This document shows, piece by piece, positions 37,955 through 48,400 of a stretch of DNA of 64,000 nucleotides. Below the pieces are notes generated by a model. It searched no databases and was not told the DNA's origin. It saw nothing but the letters and a program-made list of their open reading frames with translations. The stretch is from contig OZ024740.1 in assembly GCA_964016885.1 (NCBI GenBank), positions 4,216,001 through 4,280,000 on the forward strand, given 5' to 3'. Origin of the DNA: Eledone cirrhosa. Lineage: Eukaryota. The position numbers were made by a program, and so were the translations under genes. The stretch's first letter is position 1. Each line of letters begins with the position of its first letter.

Positions 37955-39697
37955 ATGGACGGAATTTTCACATCTCATCCTAACGTGAAAGCCACACCCC
38001 CTAAGAAAGGTGATACAGAGAAGCTAGAAGCACAAGGCTCTAAGTCTTCCCTCCTGACTTCTGCAAAAGAAACATGGAACACGGAAATAAAAGAAAAACT
38101 TGAAAAAATGGGTGAAAACCCAGAAAGTCACATAAACGCAGACAAAAACAACAACGACAATAACAGCAATAGTCACAACACCAACCAAGGAAAAAATAAC
38201 GATAACACCAAACAAAGCGAACCCACTACTGGTACCTCCTTTGCACAGGCGGTCCGGAAAACACAAACCTGCAAGCAACTGGACATTACAACTCTGAGAG
38301 AAAAGATGAAGGAAGCGAAACAGTATGTAACTTTCAAAGAAGGAGGAGACTTCACAATCACCTCCCCACAAGAAATCAAAAGAGACACGACGCTAAGAAC
38401 GATATCTTTCAGAACAATTTCCAACATAACAAGGAAACCAACTCAATTATCCCAAAAAGAGATTGAGCTGGTCCTAAAAAATGTGTGGAGTGATATATCG
38501 TTCATACAAAAAGGGCCACTCTATGGGAATATAACGGTCCTAATGAAGGATCAATTGACGGCCAGGAAATACTCTGTGGCACCAATTGTTTCCAAGCTAC
38601 ATACATTTTTCCCCACATATTTAGGGAAAAGAACGCAGAAGATAAGGGTCTCCGGAATCCGGCCAAATGCATGCATTTCCTGGGTACTAACAGGGTTTTT
38701 AGAAGACGAGGACGGAATCCTCTCAGTAGGAGAAGTCACCACAGACGTTTTCGGCGGTTTGAGCGTGGAGGTTCTGGTCCAAATGAGACCAGAACGAATC
38801 GCTAGAATACCACAGAGGGTGTCCCTCGATGGAGAAACATTTATATATATTTCAGCCGAGGGTAGGAGGCCCATATGTTACTACTGTTCAAGCAGGGGTC
38901 ATCTAAGGGCTGCTTGTCCTCAATTGACAAAAAAAAAGGCTCTTTTGCCTACACCCCACACACCGCCACCACCACCACCACCAACACCTCCACCACCACC
39001 ACCACCACCACAACAACAACAAAAACAACAGGGAAAAATAACACAAGACACGGCCCCACCCAAAACAACTCCCAAAACACACACAAATACAACAAAACCC
39101 CAAAATACACCACTACCCGACAGCACGGACGAGGACCCAGCGGAAACGGCACCTAGTGACGAAGAGGGGGAACCCTTCCAACCTGTAAAAAGGAAAAAAA
39201 GAAAGCACCACTCAAACATAAACGAAACAAACACACAACCACCAACAAAAACAAAACAAACAGAACAAACAAAATCCGCCCCACCCCAAAACATAACACA
39301 TACAACAAAACGTAAGCACACACAAGAACAACAAACAAACACAACACAAATAAAACAGTATACATACATTAACACAAATAACAAAGAACTAGTAAAAACA
39401 ATACACAAAGACCCTTTGGTGGAAACTGAAGGACAATTCTTTGCAAGCGCGGCCAACAAACCGCATTTAAAAATGATAAGACTCCCAATGGACACCTATG
39501 CAAAACTAAGAGAGAACTTTCCTGAGGACGTGGGGAAAACATGTACTCGACCCTATAACCGCGTCCTCTTGAAACGTTTCCCCACCCACACCTCACCAAA
39601 CACCCCCACTCCACCACAGAACAACACCCCACCAAACAACCCCTCCAATACGCCCATGGATATTGTGCAACCGGCTCCTCAGGAGCCGAACAGGTAG
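37955..39697 (+). CDS. ORF1 copy 6, intact ~580 aa nucleic-acid-binding gag-like protein
   Basis: First ATG at 37955 (the track's start at 37862 is a TTG); CX2CX4HX4C knuckle; poly-Pro/Gln tract; basic KRKKRK NLS-like motif. Confidence 0.9.
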   Translation: MDGIFTSHPNVKATPPKKGDTEKLEAQGSKSSLLTSAKETWNTEIKEKLEKMGENPESHINADKNNNDNNSNSHNTNQGKNNDNTKQSEPTTGTSFAQAVRKTQTCKQLDITTLREKMKEAKQYVTFKEGGDFTITSPQEIKRDTTLRTISFRTISNITRKPTQLSQKEIELVLKNVWSDISFIQKGPLYGNITVLMKDQLTARKYSVAPIVSKLHTFFPTYLGKRTQKIRVSGIRPNACISWVLTGFLEDEDGILSVGEVTTDVFGGLSVEVLVQMRPERIARIPQRVSLDGETFIYISAEGRRPICYYCSSRGHLRAACPQLTKKKALLPTPHTPPPPPPPTPPPPPPPPQQQQKQQGKITQDTAPPKTTPKTHTNTTKPQNTPLPDSTDEDPAETAPSDEEGEPFQPVKRKKRKHHSNINETNTQPPTKTKQTEQTKSAPPQNITHTTKRKHTQEQQTNTTQIKQYTYINTNNKELVKTIHKDPLVETEGQFFASAANKPHLKMIRLPMDTYAKLRENFPEDVGKTCTRPYNRVLLKRFPTHTSPNTPTPPQNNTPPNNPSNTPMDIVQPAPQEPNR

Positions 39698-39718
39698 GTC
39701 CTTCCTCTTTTAACCAAC

Positions 39719-42700
39719 ATGGCTGATATAAGAGTTGGGTGTCTGAATGTACGTGGCCTGGGACTGTCTTGGAAACAAGGCAAACTTTTAAACGATCTCA
39801 GGTCGCATAGAATGGATGTAATGGCTATTTGCGAGTCCAGGATCAGCAGCGAGCACCAACTGGCGCCCCTCTTCGACGACTTTGAGATCTTCGCATCTCT
39901 CTGTCAACCGGGGGGTGGGGGTGGAGTTGTCGTTCTGCTGCGAAAACACCTGGGCCTCGCCATACAGAAGGTGCACCTGGACCCGGAGGGTCGACTGGTG
40001 GTTTTAGACGTCGGCAGTAGTGAAAGTGGAGCCCTTAGACTAATAGCTGTGTACGCCCCTTTTTGGGCAGCGCGGCCGGAATACTTCCAACGTCTGGAAA
40101 CTTTTCTGGGAACGTCCCGCTCCTTGCTTTTAGTGGGGGACTGGAATGGTATCCTGGATGCACGTTGGGACTATGTAGGGGCATGTGCCAATAGAGGGGG
40201 GTGTAAAAGCCTCAAAAGGTTAATCGGACGATTTGACCTGGCCGATAGATATCGACTAGATTTTCCGACTGTACCACTATGGACGTGGACCAATCGCAGT
40301 GGAACATCTAGGTCGTACCTAGATAGGGTCCTAGTTAGAGAGAACGATAGGGACACATTTAGCTGTCCAAAAATGTTCATGGTTGACTATTCGGATCACA
40401 AGTTAGTGACCTGCATAGCCAACCTTGATAGAACCCATAGACAGGGACCCGGTTACTGGAAGCTGAACTTGTCCTTACCGAGAAGCAAAGCTTACAGTAA
40501 ACGGATTAGCACGTTAGTTAAGCAGAGTTTGACAGGGGCAATTGTCAACAACAGGTGGTGGAGCTCTCTTAAGAGAGCAATTAGAATAGAATCGATAGGT
40601 TTTAGTCAGGAATTAGCAAGGGATAGGAACAAGACGGAAAGGGAATTAGTAGATAGAGTAGAAGAGGCGATTAGGAGTGGCAATGTAGCCGGCGTGCTGG
40701 CATCAAGAATGGCCTTAGACCAGTTCTTTGAGGTGAAGCATGAAGGCTGCGTTGTCAGGAGTAAAATACGTGCTCTGGGTAATGAGGGAGCCAAAGCTGT
40801 AAGCTGGGCCCGAGTGACAGAGGCAAAAAGTGGGAACAAGTCCACGATTCGGTCTTTGAAGGACCAGGATGGGCGTGTGATCCTTGAACCTGGGCAGATG
40901 TGTGCGGCCTTTCAGCGGCACTTTGCACGACTGTTCGAGAGGGGCGGCGCGCCGGGTGAGACTATGGATTTCAATCCATACCTCGACGGTCTGCCGCGCC
41001 TCTCGGACGCGGAGGCGAAGTCCTGCGAAAGGACGATTTCAGCTGCTGAGATAGGGGCGGCGCTGAGCCAATGCGGCAAACGCAAATCCCCGGGTCTCGA
41101 TGGTCTACCATACGAGCTATATGTAGCGATGCCGGACTTGTTCTCCGATATCCTCGAAGCGGTCTACTGCAACTGGCAGCAGAACGGGAGAATTCCCAGT
41201 TCTGTGACCAAGGGCGTAGTTACGCTGGTGAGGAAGGATGAGAACAAGGGGGATGACATAAGTAACTTCAGGCCCATAACTCTGCTAAATACAGAGTTAA
41301 AGATTTTGGCCAAGGTGTTAGCGAAGAGGTTGGCGCTTGTCGTTGGAAACCTGGTGGGAGAAGCGCAGACATGCGCAATCCCGTCCAGGTCCATTCACGA
41401 CAATCTCCACCTTATGCGATACATCATAGAGAGGGTAGGGAATGAACCCGGCTTTGGTGGGGCCCTGATCAACTTGGATCAATCTAAAGCTTTCGATAGG
41501 GTTGACCATCGTTACCTGGATGCGGTGCTCGCGGCGGCAGGCTTCGGACCCGTTTTCAGGGGTTGGATTGCTGCGATGCACAGCAGCAACGTCTGCTCAA
41601 GGGTCAAGGTGAACGGCCACCTCTCGGAGCCGTTCCAAATCATGCGATCCATCCGACAGGGATGCCCTCTCTCCTCCCTACTGTATGTGCTGGCTCTTGA
41701 GCCACTACTGCGGAAGTTGGAGCGGTTGCAGGGCATCCCTTTGGAACCGGGATTGCAGAAAGCGGCGTCGGCCTACGCCGATGACGTGACAGTAATGGTG
41801 TCGAAAACCTCGCAAATCGGTGAGATCGGCACCTTACTGGAGGAATATGAAAGGTTTACAGGAGCCAAGCTGAACCGGGACAAGTCCGTCGGTTTGCAAC
41901 TCGGAACATGGAGAGGCAAACCGATGCCCTCCAACGACGTCGTCGGACGCTGGACGGAGGGCCCGGTGAAGCTGCTTGGGGTCTGGTTCGGACCAGACCT
42001 CCAGGTGGAGAAAAACTGGAACGAGGTAACGGCCAGGGTGTTTGCACTCACCCAGAAGTGGGCCCAGTGCAAACTATCCCTGAAAGGTCGAGCGGAGGTG
42101 GCGAATACTTATATAGCATCCGTCATCTACTACCGCTTGACCGTCGTGCCTTGCCCAGTGAAAAGACTCGCCAAAATGGAGTGCGCGCTGTTCCAATTTC
42201 TTTGGAACAAGCGGACCCCTTTGGTGAGGAGATCCATCTGCTGTCAACACCCTTCGAAAGGAGGGCTGGGGATGCCGTGGCTACAGATGCGTAAACACGC
42301 ATTAAGGCTACGGCACCTGCAGGTATTCCTCACCGGTCAACCGGTGTGGGCCCCGTTTGTGAGGCGAGCCTTTCCCAGACTCGTCTCGCTCACCGAGCTG
42401 CAATCCTGGGTCAAGCAAAGACCGAGAAAAGTGGGCGAGTGGCACATTGAATGTGCCCAGGCGCTCACGGCCCTCTGGAAAGCGGACCCGGCAATCAGTG
42501 GAGACTCCACCTCGACATTCTATAGAGGGTTGGTACGCAGCAGGTGCGACGATGCTCTCGGAGAAGCTCTAGGCATGGAGGAAGATGAACTGGCCAGTCT
42601 GTTCGGTAGGACGTTTGGCCCTGGACCGATGGACAACTTCCAAAAGTCCCTGGCTTGGCAGTGCTACCGAGGGGCTCTACCCGTTCGAGACAAGCTCCAC

Positions 42701-43156
42701 AGGCATGGGAGCCTGGGTAGAGATCCTTTGAATAAGATCTGTCCGAGATGCGTGCATGATGACGAAACCGTTGCGCACGCATTCGTACACTGCCCAGGCA
42801 TTGCTGACCTGTGGGGCTATGTGGAAAGACTACTGTCGAGGGTGGGACCAATCCGGTTGACCACCGAGTCCATTGTCACGATCAAACCGCCTCCCCCTTT
42901 CAAAAACGAAGGAGAGGCGGTTTTTCTCTGTGTGGTAGCCATGGCTAAAGAAGTTGTATGGTGGACGAGGCTGAAAGGGCTGAGGTCAGACACCTTTCTC
43001 TCCGGCCAACAACTGGTCCCCTTTTTCAAATACCATTTTAAAAGAAGGATCAGAATGGAGAGAGAGGTGCTCTACCCCAGCAAGTTTTATGAAAGGTGGG
43101 TGAAAGTAGGGAGAATGGCCAGAGTGAATGGGTCTTCTCTCTATATCAGCCTGTAG
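39719..43156 (+). CDS. ORF2 copy 6, intact 1145 aa APE endonuclease/reverse transcriptase
   Basis: Complete APE, RT (YADD) and C-terminal Cys/His motifs; starts 21 nt after the ORF1 stop. Confidence 0.96.
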   Translation: MADIRVGCLNVRGLGLSWKQGKLLNDLRSHRMDVMAICESRISSEHQLAPLFDDFEIFASLCQPGGGGGVVVLLRKHLGLAIQKVHLDPEGRLVVLDVGSSESGALRLIAVYAPFWAARPEYFQRLETFLGTSRSLLLVGDWNGILDARWDYVGACANRGGCKSLKRLIGRFDLADRYRLDFPTVPLWTWTNRSGTSRSYLDRVLVRENDRDTFSCPKMFMVDYSDHKLVTCIANLDRTHRQGPGYWKLNLSLPRSKAYSKRISTLVKQSLTGAIVNNRWWSSLKRAIRIESIGFSQELARDRNKTERELVDRVEEAIRSGNVAGVLASRMALDQFFEVKHEGCVVRSKIRALGNEGAKAVSWARVTEAKSGNKSTIRSLKDQDGRVILEPGQMCAAFQRHFARLFERGGAPGETMDFNPYLDGLPRLSDAEAKSCERTISAAEIGAALSQCGKRKSPGLDGLPYELYVAMPDLFSDILEAVYCNWQQNGRIPSSVTKGVVTLVRKDENKGDDISNFRPITLLNTELKILAKVLAKRLALVVGNLVGEAQTCAIPSRSIHDNLHLMRYIIERVGNEPGFGGALINLDQSKAFDRVDHRYLDAVLAAAGFGPVFRGWIAAMHSSNVCSRVKVNGHLSEPFQIMRSIRQGCPLSSLLYVLALEPLLRKLERLQGIPLEPGLQKAASAYADDVTVMVSKTSQIGEIGTLLEEYERFTGAKLNRDKSVGLQLGTWRGKPMPSNDVVGRWTEGPVKLLGVWFGPDLQVEKNWNEVTARVFALTQKWAQCKLSLKGRAEVANTYIASVIYYRLTVVPCPVKRLAKMECALFQFLWNKRTPLVRRSICCQHPSKGGLGMPWLQMRKHALRLRHLQVFLTGQPVWAPFVRRAFPRLVSLTELQSWVKQRPRKVGEWHIECAQALTALWKADPAISGDSTSTFYRGLVRSRCDDALGEALGMEEDELASLFGRTFGPGPMDNFQKSLAWQCYRGALPVRDKLHRHGSLGRDPLNKICPRCVHDDETVAHAFVHCPGIADLWGYVERLLSRVGPIRLTTESIVTIKPPPPFKNEGEAVFLCVVAMAKEVVWWTRLKGLRSDTFLSGQQLVPFFKYHFKRRIRMEREVLYPSKFYERWVKVGRMARVNGSSLYISL

Positions 43157-43393
43157 GTGAAAGAAGAGGAAAAAGCGGAGACGAGGGAAGCACCTACTCT
43201 TTGTGCTCCTGAGGAGAAGGGTTACACATTTTTTCCGGGGTGTGTGCGACCCATGTTAATGCCCCCTCCCTATTGAGGACTTCGTTTGTTGTTGTTATTT
43301 CATTGTTATATTTTTGTACTCGTTAATTATATGTAAACTTCCCCCCTTGTATCTGTCCCTACCTTTTGTGCCCTAGTGGCAAATAAAGAAACC

Positions 43394-44371
43394 ACTCTAT
43401 ATATACTATTGTATTTTCACAGTAAAGGCTTTACCTCACATAATATCTCGCATAACATTTACATTACTCTATATATACTATTGTATTTTCACAGTAAAGG
43501 CTTTACCTCACATTATATCTCGCATAACATTTACATTACTCTATATATACTATTGTATTTTCACAGTAAAGGCTTTACCTCACATTATATCTCGCATAAC
43601 ATTTACATTACTCTATATATACTATTGTATTGTCACAGTAAAGGCTTTACCTCACATAATATCTCACATAACATTTACATTACTCTATATATACTATTGT
43701 ATTTTCACAGTAAAGGCTTTACCTCACATAATATCTCGCATAACATTTACATTACTCTATATATACTATTGTATTTTCACAGTAAAGGCTTTACCTCACA
43801 TTATATCTCGCATAACATTTACATTACTCTATATATACTATTGTATTTTCACAGTAAAGGCTTTACCTCACATAATATCTCACATAACATTTACATTACT
43901 CTATATATACTATTGTATTGTCACAGTAAAGGCTTTACCTCACATAATATCTCACATAACATTTACATTACTCTATATATACTATTGTATTGTCACAGTA
44001 AAGGCTTTACCTCACATATCTCACATAACATTTACATTACTCTATATATACTATTGTATTGTCACAGTAAAGGCTTTACCTCACATATCTCACATAACAT
44101 TTACATTACTCTATATATACTATTGTATTTTCACAGTAAAGGCTTTACCTCACATTATATCTCGCATAACATTTACATTACTCTATATATACTATTGTAT
44201 TTTCACAGTAAAGGCTTTACCTCACATAATATCTCACATAACATTTACATTACTCTATATATACTATTGTATTGTCACAGTAATGGCCTTATCTCACATA
44301 ATATCTCGCATAACATTTACATTACTCTATATATACTATTGTATTGTCACAGTAATGGCCTTATCTCACAT
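43394..44371. repeat. 72-bp satellite, right array (~13.5 units, two 69-bp units)
   Basis: Same unit with local variants CTCGCAT and CATTAT, plus a 3-bp deletion in two units; diverged terminal units. Confidence 0.96.
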
Positions 44372-44550
44372 GAATCTATGAGATTTTGATATTTATTTTG
44401 AGAACAATATCTTAACATAAATATGAGCAGCCAGTTATGACTGGTTTGAACAGAAAGTGTGACAGAATTCTGGCCTGATACAGCTGATTTAAATGCTAAA
44501 CAGTTAAATCTAACCAAGGTCAGCTTTGAAGACAATAAATACAGACAGTG

Positions 44551-44672
44551 AACTAGCAGAGTTTTCAGAGCATTGGATAAAATGCTTTGTGTTTCAGATC
44601 TTTGTTATCTGAGTTCAAATCTTGCCAAGGTCAACTTTGCCTTTCATCCATTTGGAGGTTGATAAATAAGGT
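44551..44672 (+). mobile_element. Degenerate SINE
   Basis: CTGAGTTCAAATCTTGCCAAGGTCAACTTTGCCTTTCATCC...GGTTGATAAA matches the SINE core. Confidence 0.65.
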
Positions 44673-44938
44673 AGAAATCTAGATGAAGGGATAGGTGGAA
44701 TTGTTAGAGAGTTGGGAGTTATGCCATCTGATCCAGCTTCTTACCTCGGTGAAAAGTTTGAGAGTACCTGCGAACAACTTTCAGTGTAATACGTCACTGT
44801 GACCAGCACCACCTCAGATGTGGGAGCAGTACACTACTGTGGGTCTTAGTTTGTAGGGAGTGATTAATTGACGAGGGTTGAAACTTTTTTTTTCAGCCAT
44901 AAAGGAACTGACCAGTTAACTGCAGTTGCTGAGATGTG

Positions 44939-45074
44939 GTCCTAGATGTGTTGAAGATGTGTGTCTATGAGATGGCCTAGCATTAAGAGTGACCATGAAA
45001 GTCCTAGATGTGTTGAAGATGTGTGTCATATGAGATGGTGATTGTGAGGCCTAGCATGAAGGGTGACCATGAAA
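44939..45074. repeat. Two-copy ~62/74-bp local tandem duplication
   Basis: GTCCTAGATGTGTTGAAGATGTGTGTC...GTGACCATGAAA at 44939 and 45001. Confidence 0.85.
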
Positions 45075-45255
45075 GCTCAAGTTTTAAAGTACTACTTGCA
45101 TATAAGCATTTATTTTTGTTTCACTTTGTTTTCCATGTAACTAGACCAGCGTTTCTCAACCTTGTTTTTACCACTGTAAAACACTTGAAACAGTTTTCAT
45201 GGCTCAGGTAACCCATGTATAAAAAATTATTATATATCATTATTACTCAAAAATG

Positions 45256-45372
45256 AACTCTGAGTTCAAATCCCGCCGAGGTTGACTTTGCCTTTAATCC
45301 TTACGGGGTCGATAAAATAAAGTAGCAGTAATGCACTGGGTAATTGCTGGCCTTGTGCCTAAAGTAGAAACA
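45256..45372 (+). mobile_element. 5'-truncated SINE with 17-bp TSD, nested in the hAT-like element
   Basis: SINE core flanked by ATTATTACTCAAAAATG at 45239-45255 and 45373-45389. Confidence 0.88.
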
Positions 45373-45406
45373 ATTATTACTCAAAAATGCATTAGCTTAT
45401 TAATCA

Positions 45407-48400
45407 CTGTTGTGGAAACCTAGGGTACCTGGAGAACACGGGCTACCTATTGCGGAAACCTAGGGTACTGGGGAACACTGGCTACCTATTGTGGAAACCT
45501 AGGGTACCTGGGGTAAACTAGCTACCTATTGTTGAAACCTAGGGTACCTGGGGAACACTGGTTACCTATTGTGGAAACCTAGGGTACCTGGGGAAACCTG
45601 GCTACCTATTGTGGAAACCTAGGGTACCTGGGGAAGACTGGCTACCTATTGTAGAAACCTAGGGTACCTGGGAACACTGGCTACCTATTGTGGAACCTAG
45701 GGTACCTGGGGAACACTGGCTACCTGTTGTGGAAACCTAGGGTATATGGGAAAAACTAGCTACCTATTGTGGAAACCTAGCGTACCTGGGAACACTGGCT
45801 ACCTATTGTGGAAACCTAGGGTACCTGGGGAAATCTGGCTACCTATTGTGGAAACCTAGGGTACCTGGGGAACACTGGCTACCTGGTGTAGAAACCTAGG
45901 GTACCTAGAGAACACTGGCTACCTATTGTGGAAATCTAGGGTACCTGGGGAAACCTGGCTACCTATTGTGGAAACCTAGGGTACCTGGGAAAAACTAGCT
46001 AACTATTGTGGAAACCTAGGGTATCTGGGAAAAACTAGCTACCTATTGTGGAATCCTAGGGTACCTGGGGAAACCTGGCTACCTATTGTGGAAACCTAGG
46101 GTACCTGGGGAACACTGGCTACCTATTGTAGAAACCTAGGGTACCTGGAGAAAATTGGCTACCTGTTGTCGAAACCTAGGGTACGTAGAGAACACTGGCT
46201 ACCTATTGTGGAAATCTAGGGTACCTGGAGAACACTGGCTACCTATTGTGGAAACCTAGGTTACCTGGGGAACACTGGCTACCTATTGTGGAAACCTAGG
46301 GTACGTGGGGAACACTGGCTACCTATTGTGGAAGCATAGGGTAACTAGGGAACACTGGCTACCTATTGTAGAAACCTAGGGTACCTGGGGAAGACTGGCT
46401 ACCTGTTGTGGAAACCTAGGGTACCTGGGATCACTGGCTACCTATTGTAGAAACATAGGGTACCTGGGAACACTGGCTAGCTATTGTCGAAACCTAGAGT
46501 ACCTGGGGAACACTAGCTACCTATTGTGGATTCCTAGGGTACCTGGGAACACTGGCTACCTATTGTGGATTCCTAGGGTACCTGGGAACACTGGCTACCT
46601 ATTGTGGAAACCTAGGGTACATGGGAACACTGGCTACCTGTTGTGGAAACCTAGGGTACCTGGGAAAACTGGCTACCTATTGTGGAAACATAGGGTACCT
46701 AGGGAAAACTGGCTAACTATTGTGGAAACCTAGGGTACCTAGGGAACACTGGCTACCTCTTATGGAAACCTAGATTACCTGGGGAACACTGGCTACCTAT
46801 TGTGGAAACCTTGGGTACATGGGGAACACTGGCTACCTATTGTGGAAACCTAGGATACCTAGGAACACTGGCTATCTATTGTGGAAACCTAGGGTACCTG
46901 GGTAAAACTGGCTACCTATTGTGGAATCCTAGGGTACCTGGGGAACACTGGCTACCTGTTGTGGAAACCTAGGGTATCTGGGGAACACTAGCTACCTATT
47001 GTGGAAACCTATGGTTCCTGGGAACACTGGCTACCTATTGTGGAAACCTAGGGTACCCGGGGAAACCTGGCTACCTATTGTGGAAACCTAGGGTACCTGG
47101 GGAACACTGGTTACCTATTGTTGAAACCTAGGTTACCTGGGGAACACTGGCTACCTATTGTGGAAACCTAGGGTACCTGGATAACATTGGCTACCTGTTG
47201 TGGAAACCTAGGTTACATGGGAAAACTGGCTACCTATTGTGGAAACTTAGGGTACAGGGGGAACACTGGCTACCTATTGTGGAAACCTAGGGTACCTGGC
47301 GATCACTGGCTACCTATTGTAGAAACCTATGGTACCTGTAGAACACTGGCTACCTGTTGTGGAAACCTAGGGTACCTGTGGAAAACTGGCTACCTGTTGT
47401 GGAAACCTAGGGTACCTAGGGAACACTGGCTACCTGGTGTGGAAACCTAGGGTACCTGAAGAACACTGGCTACCTGTTGTGGAAACCTAGGGTACCTGTG
47501 GAAAACTGGCTACCTGTTGTGGAAACCTAGGGTACCTAGGGAACACTGGCTAACTGGTGTGGAAACCTAGGGTACCTGTGGAAAACTGGCTACCTGGTGT
47601 GGAAACCTAGGGTACCTAGGGAACACTGGCTACCTGGTGTGGAAACCTAGGGTACCTGGGGAACACTGGCTACCTGTTGTGGAAACCTAGGGTACCTGTG
47701 GAAAACTGGCTACCTGTTGTGGAAACCTAGGGTACCTAGGGAACACTGGCTACCTGGTGTGGAAACCTAGGGTACCTGGGGAACACTGGCTACCTGTTGT
47801 GGTAACCTAGGGTACCTGGGAAAAACTGGCTACCTATCGTGAAACCTAGGGTACATGGGGAACACTGGCTACCTATTGTGGAAACCTAGGGTACCTGGAG
47901 AACACTGGCTACCTGTTGTGGAAACCTACGGTACCTGGGAACACTGGCTATCTATTGTGGAAATCTAGGGTACCTGGGGAAAACTGGCTACCTATTGTGG
48001 AAACCTAGGGTACCTGGGGAACACTAGCTACCTATTGTGGAAACCTAGGGTACCTGGGAACACTGGCTACCTATTGTGAAAACCTAGGGTACATGGGGAA
48101 CACTGGCTACCTATTGTGGAAACCTAGGGTACCTGGAGAAAATTGGCTACCTATTGTGGAAACCTAGGGTACCTGGGGAACACTGGCTACCTATTGTAGA
48201 AACCTAAGGTACCTGCAGAATACTGGTTACCTGTTGTGGAAACCTAGGTTACCTGGAGAACACTGGCTACCTCTTGTGGAAACGTAGGGTTCCCGGGGAA
48301 AACTAGCTACCTATTGTGGAAACCTAGGGTACCTGGGAACACTGACTACCTATTGGGGAAAACTAGGATACCTAGGGGAACACTAGCTACCTATTGTGGA

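Larger units (their letters stand above)
37746..43393 (+). mobile_element. Tx1-like element copy 6 (full length, both ORFs intact)
   Basis: Same termini; uninterrupted ORF1 and ORF2. Confidence 0.96.

Noticed and set aside
44740-44860. Possible minus-strand exon ending at a donor site (CTTACCT at ~44740)
   Set aside because: No convincing acceptor or long open frame; it would need RNA-seq support.
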